The notes: generated by a model from the letters alone, not told the origin. Counted from the stretch's first letter, positions 1-8,255 are shown. The stretch: DNA of 15,306 nucleotides from Candidatus Micrarchaeota archaeon (GCA_043805855.1 JAZDHP010000055.1:1-15306); one strand, 5' to 3'. Numbers and translations are program-made.

Positions 1-1029
1 AAACGCCCTAATTTCTTTTGGCATGTTTATCAAGAACATTGGCTGTTTGTTTTCCTGTACTAGGATTTTTTCCTCGTCGAGTCCAATGCCGTCGCCCCAT
101 TTTATTTTAACTTTTTTCTTTTGTAAAATTTCAACTGCTTCGTTGTAAGTCATGCGTTGGAAAGGCGCTTTTATCGCGAGTAAATCTTGTGGGTCGCGGT
201 TGAACTTCTTTAAAATTTCCGGTTGCGTTTTCGCGAGTTTATGGCAGAAGTACTCTACCATTTCTTCTTGTAGTTTCAAGTTCATGTCAAAATCAAACCA
301 TGCCATTTCTGGCTCTAACTGCCAGAATTCAGTTAAGTGACGAGGCGTACGGCTAGGATCCGCGCGGAAAGATGGTGCGAATACGTAAACAAGGGGGGTT
401 CCAGCAATTACTGCTTCGCTGTACAGTTGCCCGCTTTGCGAGAGGTACGCTTTTGTGTTAAAGTATTTAACTTCGAAAACTTCTGCTCCGCCTTCGCATG
501 CTGATTTTGTAAATAGTGGCGGTTGTATTTCGATGAAGCCGCGTTCGTCGAGGAACTCGCGGCATGCTTTCATTAACTCGTGCTTGAATTTTAAAATGTC
601 AGAAATTCGCTGTGACCTGACCCACAAGTGTCTCTTGTCTAGGAGCAGTTCAGTGCTTTGGTCTTTGCCAATTGGAAACGGCTCTCCGCGAAAAGCAACT
701 TTTAGTTCGTTTACTTGTAGTTCAAAACCGCCGGGTGCGCGTTCGTCTTTTTTCACAACGCCGGTGAGAAACACAACGCTTGACTCTGGGTAAAGAGGTT
801 CAATTTCTTTCCAGGTTTCTTCGCTTACTTTAGACTTGTCAATAGTCGCTTGTATTAATCCGGTTCCGTCGCGTATAATTATGAAGTAGAGGTTGTTTGA
901 GCCGCGTGAGCGGTAAACCCAGCCGCGCAGTGCAATTGTTTTGCCCTCCTTTTTACCGGCGTTTTTTACAAGGGTGAATTCGCGTGATTGTTCATTGAGT
1001 GTTTTTTTCAAAATTGATTCTAGTTTCAT
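1..1029 (-). CDS. asnS: Asparagine--tRNA ligase (class IIb), 3'-truncated by the window edge
   Basis: Manual translation from ATG at 1029, open to base 1: MKLESILKK...LRGWVYRSR...IIRDGTGLIQ (OB-fold anticodon domain)...LLDKRHLWVRS...ACEGGAEVFEVKYF...AYLSQSGQLY...APSFRADPSRTPRHLTEFWQLEPEMAW (motif 2)...WGDGIG. RHLW, CEGG, LSQSGQLY and RHLTEFW favour AsnRS over AspRS. Absent from the ORF track because the stop codon lies outside the window. Confidence 0.93.
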   Translation of the reverse strand, partial: MKLESILKKTLNEQSREFTLVKNAGKKEGKTIALRGWVYRSRGSNNLYFIIIRDGTGLIQATIDKSKVSEETWKEIEPLYPESSVVFLTGVVKKDERAPGGFELQVNELKVAFRGEPFPIGKDQSTELLLDKRHLWVRSQRISDILKFKHELMKACREFLDERGFIEIQPPLFTKSACEGGAEVFEVKYFNTKAYLSQSGQLYSEAVIAGTPLVYVFAPSFRADPSRTPRHLTEFWQLEPEMAWFDFDMNLKLQEEMVEYFCHKLAKTQPEILKKFNRDPQDLLAIKAPFQRMTYNEAVEILQKKKVKIKWGDGIGLDEEKILVQENKQPMFLINMPKEIRAF

Positions 1030-1075
1030 TTGTTATAGCCGCCGTTATTAATGGTGCTAAAAATAGGAGGGTTAG

Positions 1076-1083
1076 CTATAAAA
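1076..1083 (-). promoter_or_regulatory. Putative TATA box of asnS (TTTTATAG)
   Basis: TTTTATAG on the minus strand about 50 nt upstream of the asnS ATG, in the 89-nt intergenic gap. Confidence 0.4.
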
Positions 1084-1118
1084 TGGCGTTGGGCTAGATG
1101 GTGTTTTGGCTGAACTAA

Positions 1119-4100
1119 CTAACTTGTTATTTGCATTTTGAACTGTAGGTTGTTGCCATCGTATCCACCGCTGGCTGGATTTGAAGTGCCGAAGGAAGTG
1201 CTTATTTCGTCTCCAGGTAATATGTTTATTGGGTTTGAATAAGTGATGTTTGTGTTGTTAAGTACTTGTACGCTTGCAAATTGAACGCCGTTTTTCTTAA
1301 ATGAAATCCAGACGTTGCCAGTTCCAGAAATAGCTATTCTTGTGTACCAGCCAATTACATTTACTGTTCCGGTATAGTTACTTGTCCAACTCATTGTAAT
1401 GTTCCAAGGCGAATATACTGGATGATGAACTGCGCTTATTCCTGACCATTGTGGAATATTTGCTATCCAAGCAGCGCTAGTTATGTAGCCGGTTCCAGAA
1501 CCAAAATTGCAGTACCAATAGGGGTCGCTTGCGCCTCTAAAGCTTGCTATTACGTTTCTTCCGTCGTCGTATAGGCAGCGGTAGTGCCATCCGCCTTGTT
1601 CAAAGTGGTTTACTGTATCCCATTGTTGTGCTTGGTCTGCTAGAAGTTGATGTTCCGCGACGTTAATTGTGCGCGTTGCAGTTGTAGCCATATCGCCTTC
1701 AGTGTCGGTTGCAGTTATAGCGTAAGCATTTTGTCCTAACTCTGTGGTTCTAACTGTTTGTTCAAATTCATAGTCTGTATTTCTAGTCATTGGGATTGGT
1801 ATCGGCGTGCCGTTTGGGTCAACCCAGTTTAGCGTTGCGCTGGTTAGCGGTTCGTTTGAAGTTATTTTAATTGTAACTAGTGTGTTTGGTAAAACTATTA
1901 CGCCGTCTTGCGGAGTTGGTGAGATAAAAGTTATTAGCGGGGGGGTTACCGAAATTATTAGTGTTCTTTCTGGCGTTGTAGTAATGTCATATTCTATGTC
2001 TGTTGCTTTTATAGCGTAGCGGTGTTGTCCGCGGGGTAAGTTGTTTGATGTTATGTAAATGTACTCAGTTCCAGTTACTCTTTGCATTGTGCTAGTGGTT
2101 ATTACGTCGTTTGAGTCAGTCCAGGTTATAACCGCGTTTAAAAGTTCTTCATTTGATTGTATTTTTACACTTGCGTTGCGGTCTGGCGTAGTTGCTCCGT
2201 CTTCGAGTGTTGGGGAAATAAAAGTAATTTGGGGGGAGGTTACTAAAATGGTTAGTGTCCTTGTTGGGGTAGTAGTAATGTCATGTTCTTTATCTGTTGC
2301 AGTTATAGTGTAACTGTGTTGTCCGCGTGGTAAGCCATTTGGTGTTGTGTAAATGTATTCAATTCCAGTTACTCTTTGCATTGGAGTGGTGGTTGTTACG
2401 TCATTTGAGTCAGTCCAACTTATCACTGCGTCTAGAAGTTCTTCATTTGATTGTATTTTGACGCTTGCGTTGCGTTCTGGGGTAGTTGCTCTGTCTTCGG
2501 GCGTTGGAGCTAAGAAAGTTATAGTTGGTAGTGTTTGCTGTACTTCTAACGTGCGTGTTTCGCTCATTGCGGTGTCGCTTTGTGTGTCGGTTACTTCAAC
2601 GTAGTAGCTGTGTAGTCCTCTGCTTAGCATTGACACGTTGTATTCATAGGTGTTTACTGTAGTTTCCTGCATTGAAACTGAACTTTCGCCTGAGAATAAA
2701 TGTAAGTTTATGCTAGCTAGTTGTTCGTTTGACGTTATTCGAATTGTGAAGTCGCGCTGGGTTGTTTGCAATGCATTTGCTGGTGTTGGGTCGACGAAGT
2801 TAATCTGCGGGGGAGTTGCTTGTACGTTTAAAGTTCGCTCTTCAGTTGTTGCAGCGTCGCCCTCTGCGTCTGTTGTATAAACTTTGTACGAGTGTGTGCC
2901 TGGTTGTAAATTAATTATGTTGTATTCGTAGTTGTTTGCGCTTGTCTCTTGCATTTCGTAAGTGCCTACGCCGGTTAGGTAAGTCCATGCTAGTGTTTTA
3001 TTTGTAAGTGGTTCGTTTGAATTTATTTTAATTGTAAATGCGCGTTCAGTTGCTTGCAATCCGTTTACTGGAGTTGGGCTAATTAGTGAAACAAGTGGCG
3101 GAGTTGCGTTTATTGTAATTTGCTTTTGTTGACTGCGGCTAGTGTCACCTTCCGTGTCAGTTGCAGTTATGCGGTAGTAGTTAGCTCCACGTGGTAAATT
3201 ATTTTGAGTGTAAGCATAATGCGTTGCGTTTATCCTTGTCATTGCCGTGATTGTTATTGTTTGATTTGGGTAAATCCATTCTATTGTTGCTGCGTTTAAC
3301 GCTTCGTTTGAATCAAAACTTATAACTATTGTTCGATTAGTTGTGACTTGTTGGTCCTGCGGAGTGCCAATATCAAAATTTATAGTAGGTAACGTTGGTG
3401 CTATTACTAAGGTGCGGTGTACTGTTGTGCTTACGTCGCCTTGATTATCCGTTGCAATAACTTGATACGTGTAGGCTCCGCGGTTAAGTGAAATAAATGT
3501 TTTTGAAAAAGTCGTTGGATTATCCCGAGTCATTGCATATTCATTGGTTGTTGTTGGGTTTCCAATAGTGTACCAACGTAACACTGCACTAGCGAGTGGT
3601 TCGCTTGAAGAAAACTTAATCGTAATTGCGCGGTTAGTTGTTGAAACTTCAGTTGGAGTGGGGGCAGTGAATGTAACTTGCGGCGCTGTTGAAGTAATAG
3701 TTAAAAATCTACGTGCGTTGCCGGTTGATGTTCCAATTTTCGTGGTGGTAGCATCGCCGTCAGTGTCAATTGCCTCTACAAAATAAGCATGTTGGCCGTG
3801 TTTTAAGTTCGGTACGTTAACGGAAAATTCAGTTTGGCCGTTTGCGTTCATTATATATTCTGCTGTTTGTTGCTTTTCATTTGTCCACTTTAGCTTCGCG
3901 TTGCGAAGTGCTCGATTGGAATTAATTTTAACTATAATTTGTGTGACTGATTCGCCAAGAGTTGCACTGTTTGCTGGAGTTGGTTCAATAAAAGTTAATT
4001 GAGTTGGTTTTACTTTGAAAAAGTAACTTAGCGTATTGTTAACTTGCTCTTCTTCATCCAATGCGTATATTGAATAAACAATCGCGCCAACTGGTGCTTT

Positions 4101-4859
4101 AAACGTGTAAGAGTAGCTAGTTGCGCCTAGTCTTGCCATTGTTGCTGTTGTTTGTGTTCGGTTTGGGTAAACTAAAAATATTTTTGCGGTTTGTAACGCT
4201 TTGTCGCTTGAAATTTTAATTGTGATTTGTTTGTTATCTATCTCGGCACCGTTTGAAGGCGTTGGTGCCTCGAAGGTTATTTGTGGCGCTGCGCCGTGCG
4301 GGTATTGCACGAAAATACCGCCGGTTACTTTTTTACTAACAACTTTAGCTTGGCATTGCTGAGTTGCAATAGTTTTACTAGTTACTTCTGCAAAATGGTT
4401 GCCTGGGGCTAAGCCGTTTACGGTTATTGAGTGGCTTCTGGTGTTTTCATTAGTGTTTCTAATAGTCGCTTCAACGACGTTTGTTCTAGTTGTGCTATCA
4501 TAGCGGTAAACGAAAAGTTCGCTAGTTGAATCTATATTAGTATTCCAATTTACTCGTATGCTGCCTGTTGCATCGTCTAAAATTTGTGCAGTTGGTCCGC
4601 TAGTTATTAAAAGTGAACCTGGGCAAAGCGTTGTTGGTCGATTTTTTTCAGTTGAATCAGGTATTTTAAAATTGCCATTTTGTTTAAATGAATTTGGTGC
4701 AAAATCGCTTGAAGCTTTTTCTTGAGGGGTAAATTCTTTTGCTTTGAATTGTTTAAAGTCAGCTGCGTTAACTGTAAATGCGAGCGAAAGAAGTAGAATC
4801 GACAAAAGTAACACTGACCCTACGTTTCCGCGTGTTTTCATTGTAATATTACTATTCAT
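1119..4859 (-). CDS. Large secreted/surface protein: signal peptide, FN3-like domain, nine tandem Ig-like repeats, aromatic-rich C-terminal beta domain
   Basis: N-terminal hydrophobic signal (VLLLSILLLSLAFTVNA/A); alternative start MKTRG at 4841. FN3/purple-acid-phosphatase-N-like motif (IRVNWNTN..STSE...SHSITVNGLAPG..AEVTS). Nine units of about 94-107 aa with consensus P.I.F..PTP....I.I.SNE.L....L.W...M....Y.....L..G...Y...ATD.EGD...T..RTL. No C-terminal TM helix. Confidence 0.85.
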   Translation of the reverse strand: MNSNITMKTRGNVGSVLLLSILLLSLAFTVNAADFKQFKAKEFTPQEKASSDFAPNSFKQNGNFKIPDSTEKNRPTTLCPGSLLITSGPTAQILDDATGSIRVNWNTNIDSTSELFVYRYDSTTRTNVVEATIRNTNENTRSHSITVNGLAPGNHFAEVTSKTIATQQCQAKVVSKKVTGGIFVQYPHGAAPQITFEAPTPSNGAEIDNKQITIKISSDKALQTAKIFLVYPNRTQTTATMARLGATSYSYTFKAPVGAIVYSIYALDEEEQVNNTLSYFFKVKPTQLTFIEPTPANSATLGESVTQIIVKINSNRALRNAKLKWTNEKQQTAEYIMNANGQTEFSVNVPNLKHGQHAYFVEAIDTDGDATTTKIGTSTGNARRFLTITSTAPQVTFTAPTPTEVSTTNRAITIKFSSSEPLASAVLRWYTIGNPTTTNEYAMTRDNPTTFSKTFISLNRGAYTYQVIATDNQGDVSTTVHRTLVIAPTLPTINFDIGTPQDQQVTTNRTIVISFDSNEALNAATIEWIYPNQTITITAMTRINATHYAYTQNNLPRGANYYRITATDTEGDTSRSQQKQITINATPPLVSLISPTPVNGLQATERAFTIKINSNEPLTNKTLAWTYLTGVGTYEMQETSANNYEYNIINLQPGTHSYKVYTTDAEGDAATTEERTLNVQATPPQINFVDPTPANALQTTQRDFTIRITSNEQLASINLHLFSGESSVSMQETTVNTYEYNVSMLSRGLHSYYVEVTDTQSDTAMSETRTLEVQQTLPTITFLAPTPEDRATTPERNASVKIQSNEELLDAVISWTDSNDVTTTTPMQRVTGIEYIYTTPNGLPRGQHSYTITATDKEHDITTTPTRTLTILVTSPQITFISPTLEDGATTPDRNASVKIQSNEELLNAVITWTDSNDVITTSTMQRVTGTEYIYITSNNLPRGQHRYAIKATDIEYDITTTPERTLIISVTPPLITFISPTPQDGVIVLPNTLVTIKITSNEPLTSATLNWVDPNGTPIPIPMTRNTDYEFEQTVRTTELGQNAYAITATDTEGDMATTATRTINVAEHQLLADQAQQWDTVNHFEQGGWHYRCLYDDGRNVIASFRGASDPYWYCNFGSGTGYITSAAWIANIPQWSGISAVHHPVYSPWNITMSWTSNYTGTVNVIGWYTRIAISGTGNVWISFKKNGVQFASVQVLNNTNITYSNPINILPGDEISTSFGTSNPASGGYDGNNLQFKMQITS
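1655..4286 (-). repeat. Nine intragenic tandem Ig-like repeats
   Basis: Unit starts on the minus strand at about 4286, 4004, 3683, 3389, 3098, 2810, 2528, 2234 and 1940. The last three are spaced exactly 294 nt apart. Units 7 and 8 share 74/98 aa by hand count and long identical DNA stretches (e.g. ttccagttactctttgcatt; aagttcttcatttgattgtatttt). Confidence 0.9.
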
Positions 4860-4902
4860 TAAGAGAATTTCAACCTTTGGTATTCACTTTGGAGTAGTGA
4901 CA

Positions 4903-4910
4903 TATTTAAA
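4903..4910 (-). promoter_or_regulatory. Putative TATA box (TTTAAATA) of the Ig-repeat gene
   Basis: Matches the archaeal TTTAWAWA consensus 44-51 nt upstream of ATG 4859. Confidence 0.55.
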
Positions 4911-5070
4911 TGTTGGTTTTCAGGTTATGACCCGCCACAGCAATTGCGCTTTTTCTTTCTTGTTTTTCTTCTTTTATTCTATGATGATGAATGTGGTTCT
5001 TTAATTAATTTCTAGTTAGTTATTTTTCGCTTAGTTCGCCTTTTTGCTTGATTTTCTGACAAATGGACAT

Positions 5071-5085
5071 AACCTTTATTAGGTT
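5071..5085 (+). promoter_or_regulatory. TATA box (TTTATTAG) of the Lrp gene inside the 15-bp palindrome AACCT-TTATT-AGGTT; possible operator
   Basis: TTTATTAG at 5075-5082 lies about 27-34 nt upstream of ATG 5109. Perfect 5-bp inverted arms flank an AT-only 5-bp core. Confidence 0.45.
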
Positions 5086-5108
5086 TGGTTTTCTATTTTT
5101 ATTTAGAT

Positions 5109-6104
5109 ATGGCTTCTTTTGAACTTGACGCTAAGGATCGACAACTGTTGTTTGAGCTAGATATGGGCTGTCGTCAATCTTACGCGCAATTAGCTCGCAA
5201 AGTTGGACTAAGTAAACAAACAATGGAATACCGTATTCATAATCTAGTTGATAAAGGAATTATCAAGGGTTTTTACGCTGCGCTTGACGTTTCTAAACTC
5301 GGCTATTTGTATTGCCGGGTGTTCGTACAATTTTACGGCATTAGTCCATCGAAACAACTCGAGGTTATAAATTATTTGCTTTCAATGAAAGAAGCTGGTT
5401 GGGTAGTTTCTGTTGACGGTTCGTGGGACTTGAACTTTGTCATTTGGGCGAAAAACGTCCAGGAACTTTCAGATGTAATGGATCGACTTTCTTATCAGTA
5501 TGGGTCTCTAATTAAGAAAAAAGTAGTTTCAATTGCAACTAAAGTTCACCACTTTCAAGCTAAGTTCTTGCCAGTTGAATTTCAAGAAGGCGCAACTGTT
5601 GTTATGGAAAGCGGCTCTAAACCGGAAATTGAACTTGACAATCTCGATTATCGTATTTTGTCACTTATGGCAGTTGACGCGAGGACGCCGTTAATTACAA
5701 TTGCAGATAAACTGAAAACCTCGTACAAAGTTGTCGGGTATCGACTAAAGCGCCTTGAACGCGCCGGCGTTATTTTATGTTACCGTGCTGATATTAACTA
5801 TAATTTGCTTGGCTACACTCATTACAAAGTTTTTCTAACGTTGCACAATAATTCAAAAGAACGCGAGGAACAACTGCTTGAATTTCTACGAACTCACCCG
5901 AATGTAATTTACGTTACAAAAGCTATTGGTATTTCTGACTTGGAATTCGAGTGCATGGCAAAGTCAACTTCTGAGTTTTACGCGTTAATGCGCGATTTAC
6001 GTTCAAAGTTCTTCGACATTATTCAAGACCATTCGACTGTTTTGTTCTCGGAAACGCACCAGATCAATTACCTGCCAATTGAAAGCAAAACCCTGTTTGG
6101 CTAG
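5109..6104 (+). CDS. Tandem (double) Lrp/AsnC-family transcriptional regulator, HTH-RAM-HTH-RAM
   Basis: Two Lrp-type HTHs (LDAKDRQLLFELDMGCRQSYAQLARKVGLSKQTMEYRIHNLVDKGII and LDNLDYRILSLMAVDARTPLITIADKLKTSYKVVGYRLKRLERAGVI), each followed by a RAM-like domain (VDGSWDL; AIGISDLEF). I prefer ATG 5109 to TTG 5085 because of TATA spacing and the domain boundary. Confidence 0.9.
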   Translation: MASFELDAKDRQLLFELDMGCRQSYAQLARKVGLSKQTMEYRIHNLVDKGIIKGFYAALDVSKLGYLYCRVFVQFYGISPSKQLEVINYLLSMKEAGWVVSVDGSWDLNFVIWAKNVQELSDVMDRLSYQYGSLIKKKVVSIATKVHHFQAKFLPVEFQEGATVVMESGSKPEIELDNLDYRILSLMAVDARTPLITIADKLKTSYKVVGYRLKRLERAGVILCYRADINYNLLGYTHYKVFLTLHNNSKEREEQLLEFLRTHPNVIYVTKAIGISDLEFECMAKSTSEFYALMRDLRSKFFDIIQDHSTVLFSETHQINYLPIESKTLFG

Positions 6105-6118
6105 AAGAATATTTTTAA

Positions 6119-7093
6119 CTAATTAGCTAAGTTTTTTTCCACTCGTTCAACTAGTTTTTCAAGCGCTTTTTCTGTCAACTCTTTTTTTCCACTGCATCCG
6201 CCAACGCTTTCGTGCCCGCCGCCGCTTCCGTTCATTTCCCTTCCAGCGAATTTCATCAATTCGCCGACATTTATTGCGTCAACTGTCACATTTTCATTAT
6301 CTTTTACCATTGCAATTTTCCCGTTTTTTACGTCGACGCAAACGCCAACAACGCAGCCGATTTCAACAAGAGTAAGTGCAATTTTTGCCTCGAAGCAACT
6401 CGCGCGTGCAACTCCAACAATTCCAATTTGGGTTTCAATTAACTCGGTGCCTTGCAACGCGTTGAATATTTGCTTTACTTCGCTCGCGTCTGGAATAGTT
6501 TTCACTAGTTGTAAAAGTTCTTCGTATTTCTTGTCGCTTGCGAGTAAAAGTTGTGCAACTGCTTGGAAAGTTTCGCGGTTTGCAGTTTTGAAATTAGCAG
6601 TGTCAGTGATTACTCCGCATAAAAGTAGCGTTGCGATTTCAGGGGAGATTTTCTTTCCGCTTACGCGGTATAAATCGTAAATAACTTCGCAGCAGCTAGT
6701 GCGGTGTGGAAATTCGAAAACGTGGCCGTTTTTCAATAGTTTTCCGTGTTCATGGTGGTCAATTGCAATTAATTTGCCTTTGAATTTGGCAAACTCGCTT
6801 CCTTCTTTCCCGAGCATTTGTGAATTAGCAACATCTACAAGTACAACATTGTCAAATTTTTTAACTTCGTTTTCGACAAGCGCAGGAATCGTTGGTATTT
6901 CTAATTTTTGCAATAAATGCCTTGCTGTGGAATTAGGTTTGTCTGGAGATTTTACGACTACTTTTACGTTTTTTAATAAGTGTGAAAGTGCAACTGCACT
7001 GGCAATTGCCTCTACGTCGCCGAGAGAGTGGAATGAGATTAAAGTAGAGCCTTTTAACGAGTGTAATTCGCGTAGGAGTTCAGCGTATTTCAT
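6119..7093 (-). CDS. DHH/DHHA1-family phosphoesterase (NrnA-like nanoRNase/pAp phosphatase type)
   Basis: Motif I FHSLGDVEA (DxE variant), motif II VVLVDV, motif III IDHH, motif IV ITDTANF, C-terminal DHHA1 GGGH. Confidence 0.9.
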   Translation of the reverse strand: MKYAELLRELHSLKGSTLISFHSLGDVEAIASAVALSHLLKNVKVVVKSPDKPNSTARHLLQKLEIPTIPALVENEVKKFDNVVLVDVANSQMLGKEGSEFAKFKGKLIAIDHHEHGKLLKNGHVFEFPHRTSCCEVIYDLYRVSGKKISPEIATLLLCGVITDTANFKTANRETFQAVAQLLLASDKKYEELLQLVKTIPDASEVKQIFNALQGTELIETQIGIVGVARASCFEAKIALTLVEIGCVVGVCVDVKNGKIAMVKDNENVTVDAINVGELMKFAGREMNGSGGGHESVGGCSGKKELTEKALEKLVERVEKNLAN

Positions 7094-7113
7094 GCAAACA
7101 TAAGTAAAACGCT

Positions 7114-7121
7114 GAATTTAA
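7114..7121 (-). promoter_or_regulatory. Possible TATA-like element (TTAAATTC) for a leaderless DHH transcript
   Basis: Lies 21-28 nt upstream of ATG 7093 in a 45-nt gap with no Shine-Dalgarno-like sequence. Confidence 0.3.
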
Positions 7122-7138
7122 CCGTTGCTTTGCCTTGT

Positions 7139-7894
7139 TTACTTTAAGCTGTACCCGCCGTCGACAATTAGAACTTGGCCAGTAATGTAACTTGCATCAT
7201 CTGAAGCTAGGAAAAGCACCGCGTTAGCGATTTCTTCTGGTTGTGCCATTCTCTTTAAATAAGTCCGTTCTACATCTTCGCGTATTGCTGGTTCTTGTAA
7301 CCTTTTAAGATTGGTTTCAGTTGCGGTCCATCCTGGGGCTATACAGTTTACGTTTACCGTTGGTGCCAATTGCTTTGCAAGTGTTTTTGTAAAGTTAATA
7401 ATCGCAGCTTTTGACGCGGCGTAATCTATTAATTTTCTACCGCAACCATCTAAACCTCGAATTGAAGAAAAGTTAATTATTTTGCCGTTTTTTTGCGATA
7501 GCATAAGTTTAGCTGCAGCTTGACTGCACAAAAAAGTGCCTAGTACGTTTGTTCTAAACATCTTTTCCCAATCTTCAATAGTTGAAGAAAGAAAATCGTC
7601 GTTTTTAGAAGTGGTTAACGCTGCATTATTTACCAAGATATCTAGTCTTCCAAATTCCTTTACTATTTTTTCAAACATTTGCTTTACTTCACCAGTATCT
7701 GCCACGTCGCATTTTATCGAAATTGCTTTGCCGCCTAATTTTTTGATTTCTTCAACTACGCTTTCAGCGGATTCCCTTGACGTGTTGTAATTAACTACAA
7801 CTATCGCGCCTTCTTTTCCAAATGCCAAGGCCGTTGCCTTTCCAATTCCTGTTCCTGCGCCGGTTACAAGTACAACTTTATTTTCGAATTTCAT
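7139..7894 (-). CDS. Classical short-chain dehydrogenase/reductase (FabG-like), substrate unknown
   Basis: TGAGTGIG Rossmann motif, LDILVNNA, catalytic S and YAASK, VNCIAPG, C-terminal ITGQVLIVDGG. Its start overlaps the pfdB stop (ATGA, 7891-7894). Confidence 0.93.
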   Translation of the reverse strand: MKFENKVVLVTGAGTGIGKATALAFGKEGAIVVVNYNTSRESAESVVEEIKKLGGKAISIKCDVADTGEVKQMFEKIVKEFGRLDILVNNAALTTSKNDDFLSSTIEDWEKMFRTNVLGTFLCSQAAAKLMLSQKNGKIINFSSIRGLDGCGRKLIDYAASKAAIINFTKTLAKQLAPTVNVNCIAPGWTATETNLKRLQEPAIREDVERTYLKRMAQPEEIANAVLFLASDDASYITGQVLIVDGGYSLK

Positions 7895-8241
7895 TGAGCT
7901 TGACCTCCTTTCATTGCTTTTGACGCTTGTTCTAGAGTTTTCTTTAGTTCTTCAAAACGAACTTTAAGTTTATCTTCTTGCTTTTTGAACATCGTTACTC
8001 GCATTGCGATGGTTTCCTTTTCTTCGCCAAGCTCTTTTTTCAACGATTCCTTGTCCTTTTCAACAAGTATATTGGAAACGAATCTGTAGAACGGGCCTTT
8101 GCCTTTTTCAATTTCTTCCAGTGCTTTTTGCGTTTCGTTTTCTTGCATTGTTAACTGTTGCAACTGCATTGATAGCATTTGCAATTGGGATTGCGTTGCT
8201 TGGTATTCTTGTAGTTGGTTTCTCAGTTCTTCATCTTTCAT
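7891..8241 (-). CDS. pfdB: Prefoldin beta subunit
   Basis: 116 aa: Gln-rich coiled coil, ALEEIEK, beta hairpin FYRFVSNILVEK (cf. VYK.VG.LLV), then a second coiled coil (LKKELGEEKETI..RV..FKKQE.KL). Confidence 0.92.
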   Translation of the reverse strand: MKDEELRNQLQEYQATQSQLQMLSMQLQQLTMQENETQKALEEIEKGKGPFYRFVSNILVEKDKESLKKELGEEKETIAMRVTMFKKQEDKLKVRFEELKKTLEQASKAMKGGQAQ

Positions 8242-8255
8242 AAATATCGTAATAG

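Noticed and set aside
152..793. Plus-strand ORFs 152..340 and 455..793
   Set aside because: Antisense shadows of asnS.
1033..1081. 7-bp inverted repeat TTATAGC...GCTATAA upstream of asnS
   Set aside because: Short, widely spaced, and one arm is the TATA box itself; likely chance.
1119..2528. Diversity-generating retroelement (TR/VR pair) in or near the Ig-repeat gene
   Set aside because: No reverse transcriptase in the window, no second copy of the C-terminal region seen, and the repeat 7/8 differences are in-frame, often synonymous and not adenine-specific.
1807..3786. Series of similar Val/Ser-rich plus-strand ORFs that look like a small-gene array
   Set aside because: They are the antisense reading of the Thr-rich Ig repeats; their periodicity mirrors the 294-nt unit.
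4810..4841. Class III (pilin-type) signal peptide in MKTRG/NVGSV
   Set aside because: Asn at +1 does not fit the usual consensus, and a good SPase I site (VNA/A) follows the hydrophobic stretch.
4744..5004. 86-aa ORF with Phe run and the pyrimidine tract at about 4950-4980
   Set aside because: It overlaps the start and promoter of the surface gene. The Phe run is simply a low-complexity T-rich intergenic tract with no recognisable RNA structure.
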